Shown in pieces: positions 25,971 to 38,200 of a stretch of 64,000 nucleotides of DNA (position 1 is its first letter; every line of letters begins with the position of its first letter). Origin of the DNA: Klebsormidium nitens (lineage: Eukaryota > Plantae > Klebsormidiophyceae); assembly GCA_000708835.1 (NCBI GenBank), contig DF237375.1, positions 15,351 to 79,350 on the forward strand. Reading direction: 5' to 3'. Under the pieces are notes generated by a model that saw only the letters and a program-made list of their open reading frames with translations, ran no database searches and had not been told where the DNA came from. Both the position numbers and the translations under genes were made by a program.

Positions 25971-28900
25971 CTACTTGACTTTCAGTAGCAAAACCTCGAA
26001 CACAAGAGGCTCCTTGGCGTGCGAATAAAGGCTGCGTTGCGGACCAAACTGCAAGAATCAAAATCGAGTCAGACTTTACGAACTTTTGTCAACCGTTGGG
26101 GCCCTGTGGCTGGAGATTTACTATGAGCTTAGCATGTGAGAAAAACCAAGTCAAATGCAGAGCCAGTCTCTGTACGGCAGGACGAAGGCAGGTTTCCTTC
26201 AGTCCTGCAAACCTCCTTAGTGAAGCAAAACCTCTTCGAAAAGGAAACCTCTCGCTTTTCAAACGAGCACGACTTCAATGGTCAGGAAGGCTGTAGCCAC
26301 ATGGTGAAAACCCGTACCCTCGAGTCGAAACGCGAGAGAGAGCTTCTTGAAAGAATCAACGGACAGCTGCTACATAAGACTCAGATTACACAGGGTATCA
26401 GTTGACGCTGCCTTAAAGCGAGGATGAAAAATCGAGAAGCAGAACCAGAGTCCAACTACTGATCTCTCCCAGAAAATCGCCACCGCTTACCCCTGGTGGA
26501 ATGGGTTCCAGTATTTGGTCGACATACCCAGCGGACGGCGGAATGAGCGCTCTCCGCTTACCTGAAACAACATGGGACAGGCTGGCGTGACTTACGTCCT
26601 GATTCCTGGGTGTAACGTCCACACTCCTCACGGCCTGTTCAATCGAATTCGACAGTTCACTGAGGTAGGGGATCAAGCTGTGAGATCACTTCCCCCAGAA
26701 CAAGAATAGAACGCGACCTCCAGTTCCATCCACAGCTTTCTATCCATTCGGCTCATAAACAGTCTTTACGCTGCCCCACGCAATACGTTCAAAGTAAAAA
26801 CTCTGGACGGGCGTTGATGCTATAAGTTGATACTTCTCCAACTATTCATGTTTTAGCGGTTCGTCTGATCTTACCTCCTGCCCGCATACCCGAAAGAACC
26901 TCTTCTAGGCCTTGGATCACCTGTAGCGGCAGACAGCGGCACCCTTTGTTTATAAGCGAGGGCGAGAGACAGTTTGTTTGGACAGATTCAAAGCCTTACC
27001 TGCTCCAAGTCGCGCCCTCTGCTTCTCTACGAAAGTTGCCAGAGTATGTTGAGGACTGTGGACGGAGCATCTTGGTTGGACTGGTGCAAGCTTGAAATCT
27101 CCAAAAAAAAAGAGGGGATGTGGGCTGGGATAGTGCCAATGACCGGTGAAATTCTGAGCCTATTTCACTCAAGCTATTTCTCCCAACCGGGTTTCCTCAA
27201 CCGAGCATAATAGGTGCGGTGCGTCTGTTGCCTGATAAGGGACCATGATACGACTAGATTCGGCCAATCTTAGAAAACTCTCAGGGAGTCACAGGTACTC
27301 AAGGGCAGGTCTTTTATCCGTGGGTGAGATTTGGTTGATTCACAATCGAGTAGACACAAGCTGCGCATTGTCGCAGTATTGCGGTATTGCGTATGCCAGT
27401 CAGCGAACTCCCCCCAAGGCGCTGCGTGTGGCCAGATGATTGCATCCAGAAAGAAAGAAAGCACAGAGGAAAATAATAGAAAAGACAAGAAAAGCAAGAA
27501 AGAAAAAGAAAACGGATGGCGCGCGCTCACTCGGCCTTGCCCCAGCGGAAGGCTGGCCGGTGTGTTGTCCCCATCCACCGTGCTATACACGTAGTAACCG
27601 TTGGAGCGCCGGCACACGTAATGGAACGTCACCGTGTTGCCCGCCTGCGCAGCGGGGCCCGTGCCTTCTAGCAGTTCTGCGGGGGTTGTGGAGGGGGTTT
27701 AAAAAACGCGGGTGTTTGGGGGGGGGTGTTAAAAAGGTGGCGTTTAGCAGGTTCTTAAAAAAGGGGGGGGTTGGGGGGTTTTACAAAAGTGGGGTTTGAG
27801 AGGAGATTTTGAAAGGTGCGGGTTTAGAACGGGTCTTTAAAAAGTGGGGGTTACAGAGGGGCGCCCGGAGTTAGCATTGAGGACCCTGTGTATAATCGTA
27901 CAACAGGAGCTACTCAACGTGTTTCTTCTTGAAGGTGCCAGGTGTCTTGTGATTGAGGCAAAGCGGTGGTCGAAGGGCACGGTTGACAAGCTAGAGAGGT
28001 AGCCTGTCTCAATCTGAGTCTAGCATGAAGTTGACCTGGCAAACGCGTGCACCGTTCAAAAAACATTTCTGGGGAGGATCTTTACTGCCTTATTGGGGCA
28101 AAAAACGCTGAGCCTCAAGACAAAGGCAGATCAAGTGGTCTCCCTCTATTTAGAGCCCCACGCTTAATGGGCTCCCAAAGACAGCGGTATTATGAGATTG
28201 GACTATGAAAGATCTGTAGAAAGGCAAATTGGCTTTGTGCAGACTTTCACGCGTTGGTATGTAGGTGATCCACGATGGCTCATTGACCATCAAAATCAGC
28301 AGCGAGAGCAAGCGTCTCTCTGGAAGATGTTGGTGGAGAAGCATGTATGAATCGGCTTACCTTGAACTTTGGTGCCGCTTGGGGTCTTGAAGAAGCTGCA
28401 GGCCAAAAGGAAGAGGATTCTGAGTTGGGAGGGGGAAGGAGATAAGTATTGATCGGACATGGACGTCCTCTTGGGCTGAATTACGGAAACATGTAGACTG
28501 CATTGCTGTAGCCCCACTTAAACAGCTAGCAGGTTGACCTGGGCCTGCCTTCCGCCCTGCTAGACCCAGGGAATGGGCGCCACACTAGTAAGCGGTCGGA
28601 ACTGAGCCACTCACACTTGGGGCTCAGCTTCTCGCCTGTCGTCCGGTCCAGGGAACGCAAGCGCCTCTTGAGTAGCGCCACTCCAGCTCAGAGCAGCCAA
28701 CGAAGCGCCCAGCAACCCAACGGTCTGCCGCCGAGAGCACACCGCGCCCAATGGTCCTTCAACGTCAGCATTGCTGTGACTCTGAGCTTCATTGACACTG
28801 GCGCCACAACAGATCCTCCGTGAACGAGCTGGCACAAGCCCTTGTTGTCCACGATAACGCTCACAGCAATGATCTGCGCAGGCTACTCTATGTTGGTCGG

Positions 28901-29078
28901 CTCTAGAGCGCAGAGACGAGCCCGCATTCTTCACATTGCCTTTGGCATTGTTGCTCGGGAAACCCGTCAAGCTTGGGGCCGCCCCAGCCCAGCTCTTGCT
29001 GTGTGCAGAAGAGGAACCAGGACCAAACTGAGGCACGCTGCACTGGTGGCAACCAAGCAGCTGACGGGCAGCCGCCAT
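25971..29078 (-). CDS. FKBP17-1: Thylakoid-lumen FKBP-type peptidyl-prolyl isomerase, FKBP17-1-like (~279 aa)
   Basis: Exons 29078-28615, 28395-28361, 27676-27531, 26920-26875, 26561-26491, 26048-25971. Bipartite transit with SRRQTVGLLGASLAAL...ALA. Motifs TPSGTKVQE, HYVCRRSNGYYVYSTVD, VIQGLEEVLSGMRAGGKRRALIPPSAGY, EPLVFEVLLLKV. Confidence 0.92.
27660..27865 (-). repeat. C/T-rich degenerate tandem repeat at the 3' end of an FKBP intron, probably decayed acceptor echoes
   Basis: Sense-strand units end in aag|aacctgctaaacgccac and aag|acccgttctaaacccgcac, resembling the real cag|AACTGCTAGAAGGCAC. Confidence 0.6.
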
Positions 29079-30154
29079 AACGCGGAAAGCTAGAGAGGGC
29101 GCCACGAAACCCCTGCAGATCAGACTGAGCACTGTACCGGTATCCTGGTGTATGTGCATTGTGCGCTGTGGGCAAGGTAGGTTATTTTAACCAGGTTTTG
29201 ACCGGCCTAGCTTGCAAACCGCGCGCTGCACGGCTGCATATTACAACCGCGCGCGCGGGGAAGGTGCGACTTGCAGGTTTGGGAAAAGACGAGACAGCGG
29301 CCGCGCTGCTAGCACTGTAGCAGCTAGGGCGCCTCCGACAGGCCCGGCCCGCCCGCTGCAGGCAATTTACCGTAGCTGCATGCCGCCTCCGCGCTGCATA
29401 TGCGGCCCGGCCTGTCGCAGCCATCATATCAAACACTGAGAATGCCAAAGATGTTCGAGTTGGAGAAGCTGTTCTGCATCATGATCAAGTCGACCGATAT
29501 TTACCCTGAATTGCGCGTCTATAGTATGAAACCTGCAGTTTTGGACGGGCCATGAGGTTTTGCGCTACGTCAGTGAGCGTCGGTGTGCATTCGGAGGAAG
29601 AGTTTGATGAACCTTCTTCAACTCCACTCAGATTACTACGATCGAGGTCTTTTCAGTTCTCTATTCATTCTTGAAACGAATGAACATATATGTGATTCAA
29701 ATGAAGCAGAGTTGACCGTTGTTCAGAAAGCTGTTCATATCACTGGATCGATGCATGCCAGTGATTCGTACCATAGGGTAGAGGAATAATCAACTTCAGA
29801 TCGCATACCATGCAGTGTACTGTAAAGAAACGCAACAATTGCTGGTTTTCTTTGAGAGTTCAGCAGCATCGTTGATTGTTTCAAATGAACAACAGATCCT
29901 GAAAATTTTCGATCTGATTGCAGAAAGGAGACGTCTGTCTCCACAGTTGTCCACAACCAAGAACCCTCGTCGACTCTGCGACGAGTCACTACCCAGCTAG
30001 ATCTAAGCGAGAAAGAATTCTCTACGTGCTCGTTGCTCAATGATCTTCAATGTCTTCCCTCCGAGCTCAACTGATCCACTCTATTGCCTCCCAGTGACTG
30101 ATTGAATAAAAGTACATGGTGCGAGCCTGCGTGCCTCCTATCTTGATCACTACT

Positions 30155-30215
30155 GTAACCCTCTGGTTACTGACCGTGTAACCCTCTGGTTACAGCTCGT
30201 AAACCCTCTGGTAAC
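30155..30215. repeat. Three tandem copies of the palindromic 16-mer GTAACC-CTCT-GGTTAC
   Basis: Copies at 30155, 30178 and 30199 (the third has variants), separated by 5-7 nt. Confidence 0.85.
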
Positions 30216-30639
30216 TGATCGTTGGCACTACAACCCACTGTCAAACCGCCGCTGCTGCAGAGGTTTGAAGCAACACTAATGCACAACTCTCGGAAGAAGC
30301 CTTTCGGCTATTCAATCGAACAGCCCAACTCGCTCCTTGTTCCGAAGTCCAGCCGACAGGCCGGAATGGGAACGCACACGACTCTTTAAACTACAAGGGA
30401 CGCTGCTAGTTTATCTATGCGAGGCCTGGTCTTCGTTTTGGGGGGTGGAGAGTACAAAATATGCGTGCAGCGCTGGGGCCCCTCCACTGCTGTAGAAGGC
30501 GCCCTTTACCCCCCGGGTCGGACACTCAATGTCACAGGAATTCCCCTTTTTGGGCACAGCAAACAACTCGTTTTCTCCCCCCTGGCTCGTTGAGGGCACG
30601 TGTAACCCCCCCGCAATCACGTCTCTTTCCGTTCCCCCC

Positions 30640-33532
30640 TTAGCACGCGGACGGCAAGTTATCAAACACATTGTACACGTTGCCCGTGCCCCACAGGCTG
30701 TAATCGGGGAGAGGGTAGCTGTCAGTCGTGAACGATTTCCCGTCCTTCATGGTAATTTCCAACGCAACCCCCCCCTGGCCCCCCATTCCGGACGTGGGCG
30801 CCCACCAAGCCCCCCACCCCGCGACTTTCACGCCTGAGGTGAACCCCCCGTTGCGGGTTTTGAAGTTAACGCCGGCAATCTCGCCGACCCCCCCGACGCG
30901 AGAGATGACGACCGCCTTGGCCCACTGGTTGTAGGCCTGGGTGCGGACGACCATGGCGTGGTCGGGGTAGTCTGCGTAAAAGGGGGGTAGGTTTTAGTTT
31001 GACGGAAGTTGCACAACGACTTGATCGAATTTGGCCGAGGTTTCAACAAAATAAACTTTGCGACACGTCACCGTATCTTTATCATACAGGTTGATACGAA
31101 CTTGCCCAGCCTTGAAACTTGAGATGAATGAGAACATCGGAAGACAACAACAGACTGGAACACGAGTTCAAAACTTGCTGAGCTCACGCATTCTCAGAGA
31201 CCATGTGATGTGAGGACCTCCGTATTCGACCTTCTCGACTCTGAAGCTTTTGGTAAAACAAACTGAACGGACTGTTTTGTTCACTAGGATAAACGAATCT
31301 TCTTACGGATTTTAAGAATCACAGTCAGACCAGAATCACTTCGCTGCAAGCCTTTACCTTGGCAAAGCCTACTCTCTGAAAGCCTGCAGAATTTATGCAC
31401 CTAACATTGGCCATAGGTACTTTCTGATAAGAATCAACAGCAGGCTTCTCACCAGGGGCGCCCATGCAAGAACAGTCCACCCTCGTCCACGTTCCGGTGA
31501 AGATCCCTCCGTGACTCCCGTCGCCCGCCTGTCCGTTGGTGAAATAGTTGAACGAAGGCAGGCACAGGTCAATGTGCCACCCGTCGCCGCCGATGTCATC
31601 CTTGTGGTCAGTGACGTCAGTGATGACGAAGCCGCGCGACTTGCCGTTGTAGGTCAGGACGCCGCAAGCGCCGCACCCGCCGAGGTAGCCAAAGTTGCCA
31701 GAGGCCGCGTGGTAAGGATCTGCGGAGAGGCAGGCAGCAAGTCAGGATTGTGACAAGGACAACTCCAAAAACCCGAAGCAATGTTCAGGTTGATATACAA
31801 CCACCAAATTCTGGTCTGGGACCTGAGGTTTATGTTGGATTTGAGTCAAGAAGTCGACCATAATCAGAATTTTGCGTCAGAATCTCGCGTCAGAAACCCA
31901 GATCCAAACGGTTGACCAGTGAGACGACGAGGCTCTGGGGAGTCAAGCCACGCCAAGGAGATCAGATTACACAGTGGCTGAGCAGGGGTCTGGATGGGGC
32001 TTCTCAAATAGACTGTTTGAAGACGTTAAGTAGAGAAGCAAGACTTGGCTGAAGAGGAGCTGAGGCTTAGTAACAGAATCAGGGAACAGAGGGGTGAGGG
32101 GGAGGTGGCAAGGTTCAGGTGAAGGGAGCATATTGTTTGGAGGCTGGGGCAATGATGATATATGATGGTGGAGAATAGAGCAGAGCTGAACAATCCTTTG
32201 AAAGTTACAGTCTGGCAAGGCTCTCAAGGACTTGATGTGTGAGGGGGGAAAATAACTTGGGGGGTTCAGCACGACTTTAGGATTGGAAGCAACTTATCTT
32301 AGTGTTATCCACGTCCAAAATTGAGCACATAAGACACTGTGCCCAAAAGGCGGGAAGATGTCAGGAGCAAAAAGACCAGCTTTGTGTGCCCGGAACACCT
32401 CAATCAAGACAAAGCTTCCGATGAGTAGTGGGACTTACAGAGAGAGGTCTCCACGAAAGGGCCGCCGCCACCGTAGGCATTCCCGTCAACATCATTACCG
32501 TAACCGCATTGGCCGTTACCTGGCACAGCACAAGACTTGATTAGAAAGTCCTCGAGCAGACGAGGTCGGTAAAAGGAGTCTTTGCGCAAATTGCGCCTTG
32601 GTCCTCAGAAGCGCAACAAAGTTGACACTTGAGATTCAGCCTAAGAAAAGCAGAAGCTGAAAGAAGTTATAAATAGAGTGTCAAATGCGGGCTGCCTTAA
32701 AAGCGGGTTGTTCAGGTCAAGGTTGCCAAGCGGACAAAAAAAACAAGATGAGCTTTTCAATCCAAGCAGCTCCCACGATGCTGAAAAGTTATGTTCCTGA
32801 ACCAACTGACCTAGGAACACCTCTATGAGGACAGTAAAAAGTTCCTATTCCTGCCCCTACATTACACAGCTTTTTCTTTAAGTCCCCTCTCAAAGGTAGA
32901 CAAAGCATAATCTTTCAGTGAAGATTCAACCAACAGCCTTCTGGAATCAGCTCAACCTTGACAAACAGCGAGAACCGTGGACTTTTGAAACTGCTGCTGA
33001 CAGCTCTCAGTCCCTGCTTCTAAGACTTGACGTTATCCACTCAGAACCGCAGCACAACAACAGTTGCAGTCCCTTTTCCAACTAAGCTTGCTCATATACC
33101 CAGCAGCACTTGGAGCTACAGTATGTATCCACGTTTCGCCTTCTAATCGGACAACTACTGCCCAAACTCAATCGGTTTTCAAAAGGGATTCCACCGAATA
33201 GCGGATGACCACATTCTCCGCCTTTTCCAAGCCCCCAAGATCAGAGCTGGGCTCCCACACCAAATGACCAGATTCTCACCCGTCGTGCAGTCCATGCCAG
33301 GTGAGTTGTAAAATGTCGCCGACACCTGGCTGCTCTGGCCCAGGCCCAGCGCCTTGCGCCTCGGCGCCTCCACTGTTTCATTGGAGATCTGGAACCTCCC
33401 TGACTGCGGATCAAAGGATGCAGTTGGGATCTCCTGCTTCTCGTCCCCCTGAATGAAAATGCTGTCACGGGCGGCCGAGACGGCGACCAGGGAGAGAGCC
33501 AGCAGAGCGAGGAGCTGGAGCTTGGTCGCCAT
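30640..33532 (-). CDS. Secreted expansin-like protein (DPBB-like domain plus C-terminal expansin beta-sandwich-like domain), ~310 aa
   Basis: Exons 33532-33280, 32519-32439, 31719-31453, 30971-30640, phase-consistent. Signal peptide MATKLQLLALLALSLVAVSA. Motifs ATFY, GQCGYG, GCGACG, VITD, HIDL, SRVGGVGEIAGV, WGAWW. Confidence 0.82.
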
Positions 33533-35284
33533 GGCTGCAGCAACGGGCAGCTGGGCGAGAGAGGAGAATGGGGAGCAAAGTGACTTTGGAGATGTGGCGA
33601 GTTTTGTGCGATCACCAGTGCTTTTGAGGGTGCACGAGACTGCAGAGCATACCGACAGTGTCCAAAAGCGGAGCTTTCGCTTTGGGCAGATCTCGAGTCA
33701 GCGGTAGGTACTACCTAGTACCACCTACCTGGATAGACTAGGTATAGTCGTGCTAGCTACTGTAGAGCTATTAGGTAACCCGTTACCCTTACTTTTCAAA
33801 AGGGCCCGGTGATGGTTAGGGTTAAATTGGTTATGACTTCTGATGTTACGGTAGGTGACTTTGCCAGCGAGGAGCCTGATGGGGTGCCTTCGAGACGAGA
33901 CGTGGTCATGCAAGATACCCGGGCCCGGCCCCGGGGCGTCCATTTAACACCGGCCGGAATCTCAGTGCTCTGTATAGACTGCAGTGTGCTGGCGGTGAGT
34001 CGCTCTGCACATGACAGCTAGCGGCCTCCACCAATTATTGCAGCAGTTACGACAGATTCCCTGCTCGCGCACCTCATAAATGTATGTACGTGTCGATCAG
34101 GCATGAATAAAGACAAACCCAAAGAATCGAAGATCCATCCACAAACGACAAAAGTTGTTGCACATGGGCGCCGTTCATCTAAGCACAACAAGATCGATCC
34201 ACGGCTCAGGAATCTCGTGCCTTGAGGCTTTCAGCATGTGTACATTGCTGATTGGTCACGCGTGTTGACCATCAATGTTTTTCGGGACCAATGGGATTGT
34301 GCCGTACCGGAAAGCTGCAATCTGAGTCCGTAGATGCAGCATACTCTAGTCTCTCAGAGTGTTGCCGCGATGAAAGAAAACTGTCGACGACGGTACAGGC
34401 TCGGAGGGCCGCGCCCGAAAGCGCGAAGTGAGCAGCATAACTAGGTAGGTAGGTGAGTGCAACGTGAGGGCATGTGATTGTATGGCTTCAGAAAATCAGG
34501 TTCTCAAGATGCATACCATACAGCTGTCACTCTGGCAACTCTCGTGTGACTTTATCGAGGCGTGTGACTTAAGATAGGCGCCCGGAGGACGGGCGGGGTA
34601 GGCCTAAGGTGGTTAGGGTGGCTTGGAGTGCGGAGCGCATGCATGATTGTCTCGGTTAGGATTTTTAGTTTGTGTACCCGGTAGCTCGAATCAAACGCCC
34701 GTTAGGTCGCACTGGCAAGCGTTGCCCGTATATAGCTATCGTGGTCGCCCTGCATCTCCGAAATGCTGGAGTGGGATTGGTATGTTAAGTACACCAAAGT
34801 ACGCCGCTCTTGCTATAGCCATTTGCATATCCTAAGGGTCTGGCAAGCTGATTAATAATCCCGCGCGGCACTAGTAAGCATCTCATTGATTTCTCGTTGA
34901 GTGTCATGCCCTGAAAATGGTGCATCCAAACGATTCTTTGTTACCAACTACCAAGAACATTTTCGGGAGACATGCCAGGCGCCAGCACACTCGCACCAAC
35001 TCAGATCTCGCAATGCAACCTTGTGCCAAACGTGGTTTCATTGAGCAATGACAACCGGCATTCACCTCGCTGATGAGTCTTGTGGGTACAGGTGTCTGCG
35101 TATCAAGATGAATCATTCAGGGCAGTGCAAGCCCACACTTTTTCTTGCAAGGGCGGTAGCTTCTCATCCCGTCCCAGTATAGACTAGACCAACCAAACGG
35201 GGCCTTCGGCCAGCATGTCGCTGCGATCTCGGATTCGGAACGTCCTGTATGAGGACCTTGCTACTTCAACACGGTGGACAAGAT

Positions 35285-38200
35285 TCATGTCTCCATCTCA
35301 TCCTTGGACCAAGTGCCTTCGCCGTCGCCCCGAATGTGCACAACTTGCGAGTGCCATCTCTTGAGCGTGTGCCGGTGTGAGATGGTCAGAAGGCTGGTGT
35401 CAAGAGCAGCGAACTGGGCGTAGATACGCGCCTGCAAGCAGAAACTCGAGGCCTGAGCTTTGCGATTTCCAGGAATTGCCACATGATACAATGGGATAAT
35501 TGGGACCTTTCGACTTACATGCAGTCAGATCTCACCACTCCTTGATGTCACTCAGATCCTGCAATGGGGCTGAGAACTTCTCGAAGAAACTCTGAAAGGG
35601 ATGCGCAATTATTTTTGACACGCGGCACACGCCGCGATATCCGAATGCACAACCTTGGGTAAAAGCTTTCGTAAATGGCATCTCCCTTGGCCCGCACCTT
35701 CTTTGTGTATGACAATTCATGATACTGGTAGCCGTTTTCTGGCCCCCGGCTCGCATCTACACCCAAGCAAACCAGATGAATGCTGGCCTTTCCTTTGCGA
35801 TACACCACAAGTGCGTTTCCGCTCGCTGAACACGTAACACAAGAAGAACGCGACATATGCGCCACTCCACGCTACAACCCACCCTCGCCAAGACGTGGGT
35901 CATGAGCGACGTCACATCAACTAGGATGGTCGCTCGCAGTCAAAGTACTAATTTTGACATCAGAAAGAGAAAAGCCAATTGCCCTTGCCGCACGGCTCGT
36001 GAGATTTCGAAGAAAGTGCCAACCCAGAATTTGTGGATTAGTCAAGTGGGCGTAGGCATCGTACTGACGGCATCGACGGAATGTGACGGCAACCTCACCA
36101 TCCCATAAATCCACTCGGTGTTTGTTGCCGTCCAATCGGACATTGAATTTCGAACCCTACGCCCACTTTGGAAAAGTGCGTACCTCCAGAGCTTCGCCGA
36201 TTGCACTGGTGGCTTCGTCCAGGATCGCCAGCCGGGGTCGGTGGAAGAGCACCCGGGCGAGGGACAGCCGCTGCTGCTCGCCCGGGGAAAGAATCGCCGG
36301 CCAGTCCTCGTCGCGCTGTAAAAAGAAAAAGATGACCTATTGAACCACTCTGGACCGGAATCCTGATTAATACCGGGCAGCTGAGAAGGTTGCTCCTTGC
36401 GGCTATCCTTCGTCTAGGGAAAGAATCGCCGGCCAGTCCTTATCGCGCTGCGGTAAAAATGATAGACCGATTTGAGAAAATGATAGACCGATTTGAGAGA
36501 AAGATAGGCCGTGTGAAGAAGAAGAGACCGTTTGAAGCACTCGGGAGGATCTAGGGCCAAACTCTGTTTGCTAATGGGCAGCTGAGAAGGTTACTCCTTG
36601 CGGTTGTCTTTCGTTCGCGGAAGGGATTGCCGGCCAGTCCTCATCGCGCTTTGTAAAAGGAGGATAGACCTTTCGATGCATCTTGCAAAGTTTAGGACAG
36701 AACTTAAGTGATAACGGGCAGCTGAGAAGGTTGCTGAAACTTTAGATTTGCGGCTGTCCTGCATCGCTGAAAAACTGCGTCATAACGTGGTGATCGCACA
36801 CACTGCCTCGCCTCGATACGATCAAGTCCGGCTGGCCTTTGCACTATTGCAAGATCTGAGAGACTGATGCGCTCGAAGCATGCAAGTTCTATTGGCGGGC
36901 GTCAAGAGTGTCAATTCTTATTTGACTTTTCGTTTTAACGGCTCTCGACGTGGACGACCGAGCCCACTGGTTTCTGTCGGGCAGCTTTGAGACCCGGCTT
37001 CTCAGTATCCACCGGAGGCCCTCGCCACTTAGGCAGAGGAAGAAAGACAACGCAGCAAAGGAAACATATCTGACACTCAATGCAAAGCATTACAGTGGTC
37101 GATTACATATCTCCTCCTCCTCTTCCCAATAATAAAGACTGTCCTTATCCACGGAGTTCAACTGAACCCCAGGAAGATAATCGTAGAAGAAGAGCGTACA
37201 GAGAAGACCTTATGAAGCCGAACGACATTAGGTAAAGAAAACTACGGAGTCCGACTTACCGTCCAGTTGCCGTCCACTCGATGCAAAAGGCTGTCCAGTT
37301 CCACGATCGTCAGAGCCTCCCGCATCCTGCTCTCGACGTCCTCCGTGAAGGAAGGCACTTCCCGGGGGTACGAAAGCTGGGCCGCGAGACCCCCCCGGGC
37401 CAGGAGCGGCGTTTGGGGGAGGAACAGGGTGCCACTTCCACCGGAAGGAAGACCTGTCCGTATCAAACCTGCGAAGGGACCAGGATGCACTCCTCAGAAA
37501 CAGACGTCGTTCGTGATAGACGGTATGGAAGGCGGCAGCCGATGCCCACTCAAAAGAACAGACTGGCGGGGGGCTCGATCAGGTTTTCGATCCGGAGCCT
37601 CGAAAGGACTTGCAAAAAGCCGTCGAGAAACGGACTGGGCGACTTCAACCCACTTCTGCAAAGGCCATCTGCTTAGGCTGTCACGATAAGCACAAACTGC
37701 AGCTTATTCTCGCAGGGAAAGGGATCCACTAAGATAAGTGAGTCCGAACCTTTGATACATAAAACATCACAAGATTTACACTAGGTTTGATGTCCAGACC
37801 CAGTAAGATTCGGAAGCAACGCTATCCAGGGACTGCAAGAGATTTTGGCCAATGCTCAGCACGCTTGATGTGATAACTGCGATGGAGAATTTGAAATGAT
37901 AGACCGAATGCCCACACCTTGAAAGACGCAAACTCCAAAACCTTAAGAAGTGGTGTGTACACATGCGGACACCCACCTTCGACCTGCGGCCACAGCCCGG
38001 CAATGGCCCGTACAAGTGTCGTCTTTCCGCAGCCGCTCGGGCCCATCAGCATAACCCGCTCCCTAACCCCAATCCTTAGGTCGAATGCTCGCACCACCAA
38101 AACGCCCCCGGGGGTCTGCACCGTCAGGTTGCTAACCTCCAAAACAGGAGCACTAATGGCGTCGCTAACCCCATCTGCAAGCTCGGCACTTATTCCGTGA

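Noticed and set aside
26413-26900. Apparent decayed pseudogene with in-frame stops
   Set aside because: It resolves into FKBP exons 4-5 plus the intron between them.
27640-27671. Helitron 3' end-like hairpin followed by CTAG
   Set aside because: It lies inside FKBP coding exon 27531-27676 on the minus strand, and CTAG is not followed by T.
28555-28589. Second Helitron-like hairpin plus CTAGT
   Set aside because: The stem is only 5 bp, it sits in FKBP intron 1, and I found no matching 5' end or Rep/Hel ORF.
30155-30215. CRISPR-like palindromic repeats
   Set aside because: Repeats are 16 nt, spacers are only 5-7 nt, there are three copies, no cas genes are present and the context is eukaryotic.
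30411-30640. Possible degenerate echo of the expansin last exon in its 3' UTR
   Set aside because: The similarity is limited to G-runs and cannot be distinguished from compositional bias by eye.
35532-36135. Short ORFs in the last ABCD4 intron
   Set aside because: No recognisable domain, and they are of chance length.
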